In this document: positions 36,493 to 47,681 of the stretch, one piece after another
Numbering within the stretch: position 1 is the first letter of the stretch
How the letters are laid out: each line of letters begins with the position of its first letter
Assembly (NCBI GenBank): GCA_000934665.2
Contig: KZ539149.1
Location: forward strand, 1-49,336
Reading direction: 5' to 3'
Source of the DNA: Catajapyx aquilonaris
Taxonomy: Eukaryota
DNA length: 49,336 nt
Notes under the pieces: generated by a model
The model's input: only the letters and a program-made list of their open reading frames with translations
What the model was told of the DNA's origin: nothing
The model's database searches: none
Made by a program: the position numbers and the translations under genes

Positions 36493-37529
36493 CAGTGGTT
36501 CCCAGCTTGCAGGTCATGAAGGCTTTTATGGGGGGTCGCCATGGAGGTTCTTTACATTAACAAACACTCAGCTGCGAATATGCAGTTGTTTGACTGATGC
36601 AAGTGCAACCATCTCATTAACGTTGGGGTAATGAAATATTAAGTAATAATTATATTATGAAACTATTTTACGTTTTCTTTACCATATAAAAATGCCTTTT
36701 TATGCAAATGTGGGGATGGGGGGGGGTATTATTAGAGTCTGGATTTNGTCTGGATTTTTAGGCAAATGCCTAATTAGTTCCCTAACATTTGCAATGGTTT
36801 TGTGAAGAGATCTATCCGTTTCATAAGTTCAGGATGTCGAAAATGTAGGTTTTAGTGCCTAAAATTGCCTATTTTGTGGTTTTGGGAACTTTTTTGCCTA
36901 TTCTGGTTTTTTGACTTTTCATGCCTATTCGGAAATTTTTGGGGTAGTTCTTGAACTTTTTGACGCAATTTCGGGACTTTTTGGGCCTATTCCGGACCTG
37001 TTCCTTCAGAGGCATGTTTGGTTTTTTGGAGGGAGTATTTTTTGTGCTCCTGAAAGGACCAAAATCATTCAGAAGTAATTTACGAATCATGTTGCTATGA
37101 CGCGTATGCCAAATATTTTTCTAAATTTTCCTCTGATTGTTCCAATCCGAGGTAAATTTAGAAGAATATTTAGCAACATATTGTGCAAGTGGAGAGCGGT
37201 AGTCGAGTCCAGAGCAAAAATGATACTTGCTTGCACTTTGTGTCTTTTGCCCAAGTTTTGTGATTTTCTGTAAGTTTATCGTTGTTATTTGGTTTTCGCT
37301 CTGGTTTGTGACCTTATATTTGATACTTTAGGCCTATATAACCATTCTATCTTTTTCATTTTCTGTTAACATTATCCTCCATATGCTTGCAAAAGTAATA
37401 TTTTTTTGCCTATTTCAGGTTTTTTCGTGCCTGTTTAAGTGCCTATTTCAGTGTTTTTTCATGCCTAAAAATCAGGACTCCAGTTATTATAAATGGGGAT
37501 TGTGACCAGAAAAAGGTTGGGAACCACTG
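36493..37529. mobile_element. hAT MITE with perfect 8-bp TSD
   Basis: CATTAGAC-CAGTGGTTCCCA ... TGGGAACCACTG-CATTAGAC. Confidence 0.88.
36733..37482. mobile_element. Second hAT-like element nested in 36493-37529
   Basis: GGTATTAT-TAGAGTC..GGATTTTTAGGCA ... TGCCTAAAAATCAGGACTCCA-GTTATTAT; many TGCCTA subterminal repeats. Confidence 0.7.
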
Positions 37530-37704
37530 CATTAGACCCATTATTTTCGAGGTAAGCACTTGTTGAGGTACTCTTAGCAGTTGATATTTTTATAACCTTT
37601 TGAAGTAGCTATTTGCAAAAAACTGCTAAAAAGATTGTGCAAAAAATTACTCATCACTAAGGGCAAAATCTTGGGAGATCTGTCAGTTAAAGGTCAGTTT
37701 AGAG

Positions 37705-37834
37705 CATGGGTGGGCAAACTTTTTCCTCCGTGGGCCGCATAGAGATTTTTTAAAAATTGATGGGCTGCATCTAACCGAAATTTTTGGGCGGGCCCCACAA
37801 ATTGTCTTCGCGGGCCGTAGTTTGCCCACCCCTG
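37705..37834. mobile_element. Short hAT MITE
   Basis: CATGGGTGGGCAAACT ... AGTTTGCCCACCCCTG; GGGCCG subterminal motifs. Confidence 0.75.
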
Positions 37835-38628
37835 GTCCCGAGGAATTTCTGCCATAAAAATGGGAGAGAACAGCCCGCCCCCAGTAGGAAAGTCAGGGCA
37901 GGATAGACACAGGTCAAATAACTCCACATGGCAGCGATCAGCCAGTTTGGCTGGGATGAGAAGGGCAGTCCAGAGTAGTCTGTTACAAAATTATAACATG
38001 GTGCTGTTTTGCAGCTACCATCTAGGCCCCAAGGAGGTGGCAGCCCTAGGCCTGGGGCAGAAGTACTCTCTCTCAAAAATATGGGAGACGATTTTGCAGT
38101 GAAACCAAATGCAAAATCGTCTCTATCTTTTTGAGCAATATAGTAAATGTTCGGTCCCACTCTGCTGAACCCTTGCTCAGGCCCTGACCAATTCTTACAA
38201 TAGAGATGGCCATTTATTTGGTGGTATGGACAACAAATCCCTTCTGTATATGGAAACAAAAAAAAAGCACTGTATTGAACTTGGTGTCAGTCAATTACAC
38301 AGAAGTGACAAAGTGGTTTGGGAAGCCTTGGGAGTTCGTTCATAAGTACGGATCGGCATAAGTCTGGTAGTTTGTAAACCAGAGACTTCCTTTAATTTAA
38401 TTGGAATACACTGTATTGCACGTAATTAAAGCTAAATAAAGTGAGTTTACCCCTTCTAATGTCAGCAAGCAGATGGTTGTCTGTTACAGTCACTCAGGGG
38501 CTCATTTTTCATGCATGGGTCACACTTTTATCCAACTGGCACCACTCTAACTCCAATGACAACCATTTGATGAATGATATAAAAAGACATGAGAAGCTTC
38601 TGAAGGCTGTAAGGATTTTCATTCTATA

Positions 38629-39446
38629 CAGGGTGTTCCCTGTAATTCGGAACAGACTTGCAGGGGTAATAGAGGGGATCAAGAATAAGTATTTTTCACA
38701 TAGGAACCCGTGTCCAGAAACGACATCTAGAGGGGGTCAATAGACGAGGAACAGGTGTGCTCTGACGCGTCAGGTAGGAGGCACTAGGCAAGCGGACTGT
38801 TTAGTTGCTACGTGGCACCCGGATAGTAAACAATGGCTCTGTTGTTGCCAGGTTATTGCGAATTGCGCCATTGTTTACTATCCGCGTGCCACTTAGCAAC
38901 TAAACGGTCTGCTTGCCTCCCACCCACGGTGGAGCTACAGCGGTGCCTCCACTTAGGCCAAAATAGCTGCTTATTCGTGAAGCCCCTCTCGAAGGGGAAA
39001 TCAGCTTAGAAATCTGCCGACAGAGCGCGCGACGATCGACATTAGGTCAACCACCCAACGAACAGTGAATAGGCTCTCTTCTATGCTCTAATCTTTGAGA
39101 CCACAGACGCTTGACCAGGCCTAGAACCATAGACTGAAAGTAGAGAAGTTAACATATTTACCAACGCCTGGGCCTCAGCTTGGACCTAATGTCGATGCAA
39201 GTGCGCTCTGGCGGAGAAAATTTAAACCCGCTTTTGCCTTGCTGACGGGCTGCACAAAAAAATGGGAGAGGAGCCACCGAACTACATCCACCTTGTTCCC
39301 ACCTGATGCATATGAGCGCACCTGTTCCTTGTCTATTGACCCCCTCTAGATGGCGTTTCCTGACACGGGTTCCTATGTGAAAAATACTTGCCTTGGTCCC
39401 CTCTATTACCCCTACAAGTATGTCCCAAATTACAGCCTACACCCTG
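38629..39446. mobile_element. Tc1/mariner-type fold-back MITE with an inner fold-back at about 38928-39292
   Basis: TA-CAGGGTGT ... ACACCCTG-TA; arms GGGGTAATAGAGGGGA...TCTAGAGGGGGTCAATAGAC; inner GGTGGAGCTAC / ACTACATCCACC. Confidence 0.85.
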
Positions 39447-39740
39447 TATATTGATTCACAACCACATCCACACATGGCTTACTGAATCTGAATCATTTTC
39501 ATTTTAATTACACTTCCAGAATAGACACCTCAAAGTGAGAAAATCACTTTCCAGTGTCTGAAAATCTACCCATGCTCTCATTTACGTCCCTCTTGGGGAC
39601 CAGCTCCTTATCACATAAAACACTCATTATTACATATCCAAAAGTGCAGTTAGTAGGGAGATGGTTAACTTAAAGTCAGGAGTGCACTGTGCTCTATTTA
39701 CGTTTCCTCCACTTGACTGAACTCCCCCTCGGTTGCAGAC

Positions 39741-40116
39741 CTGCGTTCCTATCCAGCTCTGACTCAGACGTATTGTCACTCATGTCTGTTGGAATTTGTT
39801 CTGGAAGCGGTGGTGGTGGTGGTTGAAGTGGTGGCGGTGAGGATGCAGGCATGGAAATTCCTTCCATTACAGGTGGAGTCATAGGTGTGCTGGCAACTGT
39901 GTTGACCTCTGACCCTGATTCACTGCTCACCAAGGGAAGGGTGTCTGGCAATGGAGGTGGTGGTGGAGGTGGACCCAACATGACCTCCGAACCACTTGGA
40001 GTGTCAACCATCTTGTCGTCTTCAGGTGCTACGTAATCCTCGTCCTCACTAGTAAGTCCCAGTTCATCTCCATAGCAAGCATGGACCCACTGCCATAGCT
40101 CCTGGGATGAGAGGGG
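39741..40116 (-). CDS. GRAMD1B: GRAMD1/Aster exon (post-GRAM helix and Pro-rich linker)
   Basis: PLSSQELWQWVHACYGDELGLTSEDEDYV...PTDMSDNTSESE; phase-1 donor G|gtctgc, with an alternative in-phase donor C|gtaaat after 39702. Confidence 0.85.
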
Positions 40117-42118
40117 CTGCAAGGCCAAGGCATTTTGATGTAAACTAGCAAGGATAAAGAGCTGCATGTAATCTGACCAGGTTGATAGGATGAGAGATAA
40201 GCAGTGGTTTTTATCACAACCACACAACAGCGTCAAAACCGAAGCAAGTGGAAGCACGAGTGGAAGTTAGATATTTTATCGAAGCCCCTTTCAAGTCTGA
40301 CAAATGGAAGCAAGATATATGAGCAAGGAACTTTCTTGTGGTTGTAACCAAAGAAGAAAAAAAACACAGGTGGTTGTCACATTCTGTACACAAAACACTA
40401 CAGTTGGTCAAGAAACAAGGACTGCTTCCCGTACATGTTGGAATTCTACACAACAAGTCTGAAGCCAAGGTGAGACAAAATAAGCAACAATTCAGGTTCA
40501 GGCTTTCGGAGTGAGCATACAAATTTCCAAAAATACCATGCACTGTTTTATTTGTGGTGTTTTTCGTACCAAGGTATTTTTGGATGTGCTCTGCATTTCT
40601 GTGCCAGAATAATGACCTCTTTAACAACATCAGGATCCTGGCATATACTTTGGCAGATTTTCCCTTCCCATTGTTTGTCAGATTATCCACCCAAGATTTG
40701 TGTACCACGTCTTCTGGTAGCAGCCAAAAAAATCCAAAACCCAAAACCCTTCTAGTCCCAAGCATTTTGGATAATGGTACTGAATTTTATAATCCAAGGT
40801 TTTGCACATCCCTGCATGTGATATGGAAACTAAGCTTTATAAACAAATCTGTGGGGTATTAAATAACTTGCTGCATCATAAATACACTCAAAAAGTTTTC
40901 GGGTAATCAGCCTAGTAAGGCATAAATACACGGAATTCTCAATTATTCGTGTGCAGATTATCCATGCATCTCCCCAAAAAAATAGTCCAAAAAATGTCAC
41001 ATGTCTCACAAACAAAGAACTATTTTAACAGACTTTTCCCTGAAGACAAACTAAACATCTATGTAAAGTTTTATTTTGATTAAACCTTATTTAAAGCAGC
41101 CTACAGTATGCACAGTGGTTCATTTAAGACCAGTGAAAAGCTCATTTTCAAGGCATCTACTATCTGTTTATTTAATGTAGAGCCCTGTGTTTGACTCGAA
41201 ACAAGTCCCATGCAAATGATCCAAAAAAATTATATTACATTGTTCGAAAGCTTGTTTAAATCCACATTACATACATGAAAGTTGTTTTCTTATCATCAGT
41301 GTGTAAATTTTTATCGTGCAAGAAGAAGGTGTTTTGCTTGTGATCCAAATGACTCACAAGGAAATATAGCAGACAAAAATTCCATGGAAAAAAGTGAGAA
41401 ACAATTTTTGCAGGTCCAGAAATATATAATAGTTGTGATATTCTTACGGTTGTGTTATTCCTGTACAGTCAGACTTGAACCACATGATTAGACTGACCAT
41501 CAAGCAGCTGCACTATAGTTCCATTATTACCCTGAAGCTTCCCACAGAATGAAACTGCACGCTACACCCTACTCCAAATGCTAATGTCTCACACAGAGTG
41601 TAGTGAAATGCTGAACTTACTGGAATGAAGTGAAAATTTGCAATTTTTTTCGAATTTCAAACTGCTACAGAAGAGATTGGAAAACACAAGCATTTTTATT
41701 TCCCTTGTTATGGCAATGGTAAGTGATGCCCATATTTTAAGTCACATTTGCATCACTTGTGTGCAAAATATTAACATTTCATGAAATGGATGACCTTGCG
41801 CACTGTATGACCCAATTTGAAAGGATGACCTCCCTGTCTGTTTGCAGAGAAAGTATTGCACAATACAGTATATTATCAAATTCATTGACCCTAATAAGAG
41901 GGGTGGTGTTTCGCGTTTTTGCAAGTATCTGCAAAAAATTCGCTTTCGTTGGGACTTGGGGGACGAGACTTCAAAACACTACTGAATAAGATCGTATAGT
42001 GTCCAGGCTTGATCCTGAGGCCATCTATGTGACCCTCCTCTCATGCGTAGGCAGTGGAATCTCTCATTGTACAACAAGGTGGCGCAGAGAGGTAAGTTTC
42101 GCGCCTACTCCAATTTTT

Positions 42119-42550
42119 TGTCACTCTGCCTGCTTGCCAAAAAATGATCGGTGTGTAGCCTTGGCACCTCTGAACAAAGCAGAACATAAACACATAGCAT
42201 GAATTATGGCACAGGCCTCCCAAGCGAGCTGTGTTGATAAACACTCATGAGTATAAACATCCTTGAGCCACAGCTATTCAAAGCCTCACCGAGCATGCGC
42301 CCCTCGAGCCATACAGAGGCCGGCGTTGAAGTGCGCAGACTCCTGCCATCCGCTAATTGACATTTACATTTCCCTATGAGGGGTAGTCAGCGATGAAGGG
42401 AGATGCAAGCTAACCCAACATATGAACTAATAAAACCAAGCTCGCTTGGGAGGCCTGTGCCATAATTCATGCTATGTGTTTATGTTCTGCTTTGTTCAGA
42501 GGTGCCAAGGCTACACACCGATCATTTTTTGTCAAGCAGGCAGAGTGACA
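42119..42550. repeat. 112-bp inverted repeat pair (one mismatch) around a 208-bp spacer
   Basis: 42119-42230 is the reverse complement of 42439-42550. Confidence 0.9.
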
Positions 42551-43136
42551 TTTACGAACATTATTTATTCATTTTAAAACTATTAAATCATCTTTTGCAC
42601 TAATTTTAGGGTGGAATCTCTTGAGGTTTGGGGGCAAATATGTATGCTAAAAATTTGCCGGTCAAGGTCGTTTTTTTTTTTTTTTTCAGCAGCTGCAAAA
42701 AGATTCTTTCATTCAAGTTAATCTGGTTAATCCGGTTTATTTATGCACGATTTTGTAGTCCAAAAGTAGTGATTTTTTACGCAAGAGAAAATTTAAAAAG
42801 CCATGCAGAAACCACGTTACATAGTGGGAAAACGCTACAGTTTTGCCAGCAGAATTTTTTAAAGCCACTGTCACAGCATATGTGACGCCCATCTTATTAG
42901 GGTTAAATGTCATTTTAAATAATTTAGCACTCCAAAAAAACCTTCATCTAGCATTTCTTTCAAATAAAATGAAAATTCTTCCATATTCCAGATACCTCCT
43001 CCAGCCATTAATGCTTTAAAAATGCATCAAATTTTCACCATTCCTTTGCCTATTCACAGTCGATTGTCATTCTTTTGCAACGTTTGTTTTCACTTTTTTC
43101 ATTCACATTATTATGCATCATTGGCACCAAATCTTA

Positions 43137-43476
43137 CATGGAATGACCTAGGGTGGTATCCTCCGATTTGGCTGCATGAGGGGTCAATAATGTGCCATAA
43201 ACACAGTGGTGAAAGTCCTGGATTCCTGTTTTCAGCCGTTTCCGAGATATAAGCAACAGAAGCATCCAAATTTTGGCCGCGTATATAGGGGTACAGGGTC
43301 CTTTCCCGCCCGACCCCTATGTGCGCGGCCAAAATCCGGATGCTTCTGTTGCTTATATCTCGGAAACGGCTGAAAACAGGAATCCAGGACTTTCACCACT
43401 GCGCTTATGGCACATGATTGACCCCTCATGCAAATTTAAGCCAAATCGGAGACGACGACCCTTGGTCATTCCCTTG
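43137..43476. mobile_element. Tc4/Tc5-like fold-back MITE
   Basis: C-TTA-CATGGAATGACC ... GGTCATTCCCTTG-TTA-G; arms of about 155 bp. Confidence 0.8.
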
Positions 43477-43680
43477 TTAGTGCTCGAGTCAAAATATGGT
43501 TACTCGAGATTCCCAAATTACTTGCTAAGGTCCTTTTCAAGACATCACAAGATATGTTCATGTATCCCATGATAATAGCACCAACACTTACAAGCTCATG
43601 CAAGGTTCTCCCATATGAAAATAATTCATGTGCATTATTCACATAAGAAAAGATAAAATGCAAGGTATAATTACCCTGAC

Positions 43681-43857
43681 CTGATCCATAAGAGCATTCT
43701 GCCAGACTTTGAATAACATGAGGAAGGTCTTGTCCCGAGCACCAAAAGATGTGAAGAAGTATTTGTCCCCTTCCTTGCACACTTGTATGGCATTTGGGAT
43801 CACCAGGGCTGTTTTCTCCTTTGTTATGGCTGTCACCTCCTTTAAGCGTATTGTCAC
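43681..43857 (-). CDS. GRAMD1B: GRAMD1/Aster, GRAM domain exon
   Basis: VTIRLKEVTAITKEKTALVIPNAIQVC...YFFTSFGARDKTFLMLFKVWQNALMDQ; phase 0/0. Confidence 0.92.
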
Positions 43858-43939
43858 CTATGAATGGAAAGAAACTTTTCTCAGTACTTATTCACTGCTT
43901 CTAGATCTGTTCATGCATCAAATGGTTTGTTGCACCTAC

Positions 43940-44043
43940 ACAAGTTTCCCATCGGAAGATGTTGGCATAGAAGCAGATGTAGTTCTGAGAAACGTACACC
44001 CTTCCATGAACCAAGATGTCTTTTTGGAGGGCACAGGAGTAAT
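43940..44043 (-). CDS. GRAMD1B: GRAMD1/Aster sterol transporter, GRAM domain exon (earlier exons not found in window)
   Basis: (D)YSCALQKDILVHGRVYVSQNYICFYANIFRWETC; acceptor gccttgaag|, donor |gtaggt. Confidence 0.9.
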
Positions 44044-44194
44044 CTTCAAGGCAACAAAGGTAATAATTGTAGACATCATTATTTCTGCATCTTGCACAAC
44101 TAAGACGCCACTTGGTTTTACCTACCTTCTCTCACCTACCTGAGTCAATTCCTACACTTTTGTGCATGATGTGCAACCAGTTTTGAATGCCATA

Positions 44195-44791
44195 CAGGGT
44201 GTTCCAAGTATCAGGGTCTTTTCCAGTTATTGCTCATATTACCCAAAGTAGTTATTTTTGTGTAGCTTGTTGTAACAAGATCCAGGTGTCCAATTATTTC
44301 CAGGTGGTGAATTATAAGTTGCACGCGGATAGTAAACAACGGCAGAATTTACAATAACCTGGCAACAACAGAGCCACCTAGCAACTAATGCCCATTTGCT
44401 GGGTAGCCTGCGGATAGTAAACGACTCTGTTTTTGCGAGGTTATTTCGAATTGCACCGTTGTTTACTATCTGCACGCCCTAGCAACTAAGCAGTCCACTT
44501 GTCTAGCGCTTCCCACCTGACGCGTCTGAATGCACCCATTCCTTGTCATGAACTCCCTCTAGATGCCGTTTCCGGACACGGGTTCCTATGTCAAAAATAC
44601 TTGGCTTGGTCCCCTCTATTACCCCTACAAGTCTGTCCCAAATTACAGGGAACTCCCTGTATAATTACAATAGGGCACCTGGATCGGGGTTATACAAAAA
44701 AATAACAAATAAAAATAAATAAAAAATAAATAAATAAACCTTCAAGTGAATGTCCCATAACTAAAGTGACCTGCATACTTGGAACACCCTG
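44195..44791. mobile_element. Tc1/mariner-type MITE containing a partial copy of the 38629 family
   Basis: TA-CAGGGTGTTCCAAGTAT ... ATACTTGGAACACCCTG-TA; 44320-44659 matches the inner hairpin and right arm of 38629-39446. Confidence 0.8.
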
Positions 44792-44983
44792 TATATGCTT
44801 CATTAAATGCAATACAGAATATGTGCGTGTCCTGATATGAGATAAAAGAAGGTGCAGAAATGTACTAGTAAAAGCATCTGATGCAAATTCTGTTTGAAGA
44901 GTAATTGCCTGAATGGAATGTGGTACACCATGTTGGAGTTCCTGGTCAAGGTGCTACAGGTATCTGGGAATTCACCTAATATA

Positions 44984-45339
44984 CAGGGTGTTAATGAATT
45001 CAAACGACAAACTTCTAGGGGTAATAGAGGGGACCAACACAAACATATTTCATATAGGAACCGGCGTCCGGAAATGCCATCTAGAGGAGGTCAATACACA
45101 AGGAACGAGGATGCCTAGATGCGTCAGGCAAGAGGCGAGCGGACTGATCTAATTCAATTAATTAATTAAATAATTGGATTAAATCAGTCCGCTCGCCTCC
45201 CGCTCTGAGCGCACCCGTTCCTTGTCTATTGACCCCCTCTAGATGGTGTTTCCGGACATGAGCTCCTATATGAAATATGTTTGCCTTGGTCCCCTCTATT
45301 ACCCCTAGAAGTTTGTCGGTTGAATTCCTTAACACCCTG
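44984..45339. mobile_element. Tc1/mariner-type fold-back MITE, same family as 38629
   Basis: TA-CAGGGTGTTAATGAATTCAA ... TTGAATTCCTTAACACCCTG; AT-rich hairpin centre. Confidence 0.85.
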
Positions 45340-45359
45340 TCTAATAATGAACACTCCAT

Positions 45360-45596
45360 GATACGCCTCCTTGGGCCTTTTAGGGGATCATCTTTTCCGT
45401 AACAGGCTTTAATCATCGCCTGTCCTGTGATTGATTTTTTATTGTGGGAGGAAATGGGAGAACCCCTAGAAAACCCAACATGGAGAGCACCCATTGAAAC
45501 TATCCACATAAGCATCCTCTGTCCAACCTGGGAATCTAATTCGGAACCTCAGAGGTGGAGGACTGTGGTTATAACCACTACAACACCGCACCACCC
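45360..45596 (-). mobile_element. Old tRNA-derived SINE with a V-domain-like core
   Basis: Minus strand GGTGTTGTAGTGGTT (A box), a degenerate B box, then GGGTTTTCTAGGGGTTCTCCCATTTCCTCCCAC. The 3' end is approximate. Confidence 0.6.
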
Positions 45597-45928
45597 TGGG
45601 AATTGTTTTTAGCTTTAAATATAATTAACTGCATTTAATTGCAGGGTGACTGGTCAAACCACTGCCACATACAGGTAGTATCATACCACTTTGCAGAAAC
45701 CATGTTTGCTCAAAGACATTTCGGCCACAAAAATCTAGTCTAAAAACATTTCACCCAATTATAGGTAGTCCTCAGTTTACAAACGGCGATCCCAGAAGGA
45801 TAATTTATAATTATCCTTCCCCTTTTAATCACTTCTGTGTACATTGACCGACACCAAGTTCAACATAAATATACTGTATATTTCATAAATAATTGGGAAA
45901 CTACGTTCTTCAGTGCATGTAAATATTA

Positions 45929-46483
45929 GGCGCAAACCCCGAAAATGGCTATCGAGTGATAAAACCTAGCATTTTGGCGGGATGCTCTTTTTAAAACAGG
46001 CAGATTTCGAAATGACCCTTTTCAAACCACCCATTTCACGAAATGCTCATTTTAAAATGGGCAGATTGCGAAATACTCTTTTAGACCAGAACACTTTTCT
46101 GGACTACACAAAAATGTCCGGATGCGAATTTAGTGTCATGGCTGGTTCAGAAAAAGCCCATAACGCGCTGTGGCAGTTTCTTGCTTCCCACTACACCAAG
46201 TAGATGCTGGAAATAAATCGCCCTATTGTTGTTATCTACATGGCGTAGTGGGTAACAAGAAACTGCCACAATGCGCTATGGCCTTTTTCTGAACCAGCCA
46301 CGACACTAAATTCGTGTCCTGACATTTTTGTGTAGTCCAGAAAAGCATTCTGACCTTCTTAAAAAGAGGATTGTGGGGTTTGCCCATTTTAGAGTGAGCA
46401 TTTCACTATCTGGCTGTTTTGAAAAGAGCATTCTGCGAAATGCTTGGTTTTTTTGCTCAATGGCTGTTCTCGGGGTTTGCACT
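45929..46483. mobile_element. Fold-back MITE, superfamily unclear
   Basis: GCAAACCCCGA / TCGGGGTTTGC ends; CTGGACTACACAAAAATGTC / GACATTTTTGTGTAGTCCAG arms. Confidence 0.75.
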
Positions 46484-46763
46484 GATCATAAACAAACACA
46501 CATGACGTAAGCGGTTCATTGGAGAGGCATCTTTAAGCTGCATATATGCTTTGTTCCTCAGGGATTTGAGTTAAATACAAATCCAAATTATGGACATTTT
46601 CAGGAATATAACCCAGTTCATAGACCAGGGACTACCTGTACATTTCAACAATAAATTTCATACAATAAATACACATATTTGACTATTCATTACACATACA
46701 GGAACTATATCCCATATTAATGGTAGTGAATTAGTATCATATCCTCTTACAAACATAGGAATA

Positions 46764-47175
46764 CAGGGTGTGCCAAAATAATTGATGGGGTTTCAAGTTT
46801 CTCACATGAAACGAAACAGCAAGTATTCAAGTTTTGATTGCATGCACAATCCCCTCCCCCCTGGTCCATGACATCACAAAAATAAAATGGCGACACCAGA
46901 TTAGAAAGCATTTCGTGTGCTGCAGTTTGTGAAGTCTGAATCAGTTACTTCTGTTCAGCGGGCCTTCCGGTGACAATTTCAGAATGAACCCTCATCTGCC
47001 AACAGGATTAGGTACTGGTATCAGCAGTTTCAGACAATGGGTTTCCTTTGTAAAGAGAAAAGTGCAGGACGTCCACATGTGTCAGAAGAAAGTGTGGAAT
47101 GAGGGAGACAGTCTTATCTTCACAGTCCCAAGAAATCTGTGTGCCATGTGAGTCATGAATTGGAGATGTCAACTA
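46764..47175 (+). pseudogene. 5' fragment of a Tc1/mariner-superfamily transposon with decayed DUF4817-type HTH transposase (ATG at 46887)
   Basis: TA-CAGGGTGTGCC left end; MATPD*KAFRVLQFVKSESVTSVQRAFR*QF...IRYWYQQFQTMGFLCKEKSAGRPHVSEESVE*GRQSYLHSPKKSV carries three in-frame stops. Confidence 0.8.
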
Positions 47176-47176
47176 C

Positions 47177-47680
47177 AGGGTCATTCCCACGTGCCACAAA
47201 ATCTCGATCTTGAACCACGTTTCTGAGGGGGAAAATCAGGATCGTTTGGTGACTGTTTCCACGAGCCACGTACTTTTCGTGATTTTCGGTGGATTGGTCT
47301 GGAACCACGCCCTCCCGCATGGCGAAAAAATTACTCTCGCTTTGGCTCCTGGCCAAAGGCATGGGTGACTCTACGATAGGCCTGGCTGTAATAGCATGGA
47401 GGCATGCTATCTACGTTATTACACAGGTCCTGGCTGCCCGCAGAGCGAGGGGGCAGACGGGGCCAAGCAGAGAGCTGCCATGTTGCCCGGCTAAGACCCG
47501 GTCCGGAGGGGGGAGTGACGTCAGGATCGCGACTCGAAAGCTGGCAGCCAACTTCCTCAAGCTGGTTGCCACAGTCACCTTCGTAAACGCGTTCGGGTGG
47601 AGGAAGGGCATGTGGGAACACTCCAATCGCGTTTTTCAGGGGTAAGGATCAGGATCCCTGTGGCATGTGGGAATGACCCT
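47177..47680. mobile_element. GC-rich MITE abutting the truncated transposase
   Basis: AGGGTCATTCCCACGTGCCAC ... GTGGCATGTGGGAATGACCCT terminal inverted repeats. Confidence 0.7.
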
Positions 47681-47681
47681 T

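Noticed and set aside
41357..41707. Third Tc4/Tc5-like element (CAAGGAAAT ... ATTTCCCTTG)
   Set aside because: The putative TSDs disagree (TCA versus TTA) and the arms barely align.
41111..42872. Transib/RSS-like CACAGTG-ended element
   Set aside because: The right end is imperfect, with no convincing 5-bp TSD, nonamer or transposase.
9515..44043. Functional cluster of ER-plasma membrane lipid genes (TTC7 plus GRAMD1)
   Set aside because: Only two genes, separated by NSA2, with no shared regulatory evidence. Chance adjacency is sufficient without synteny data.
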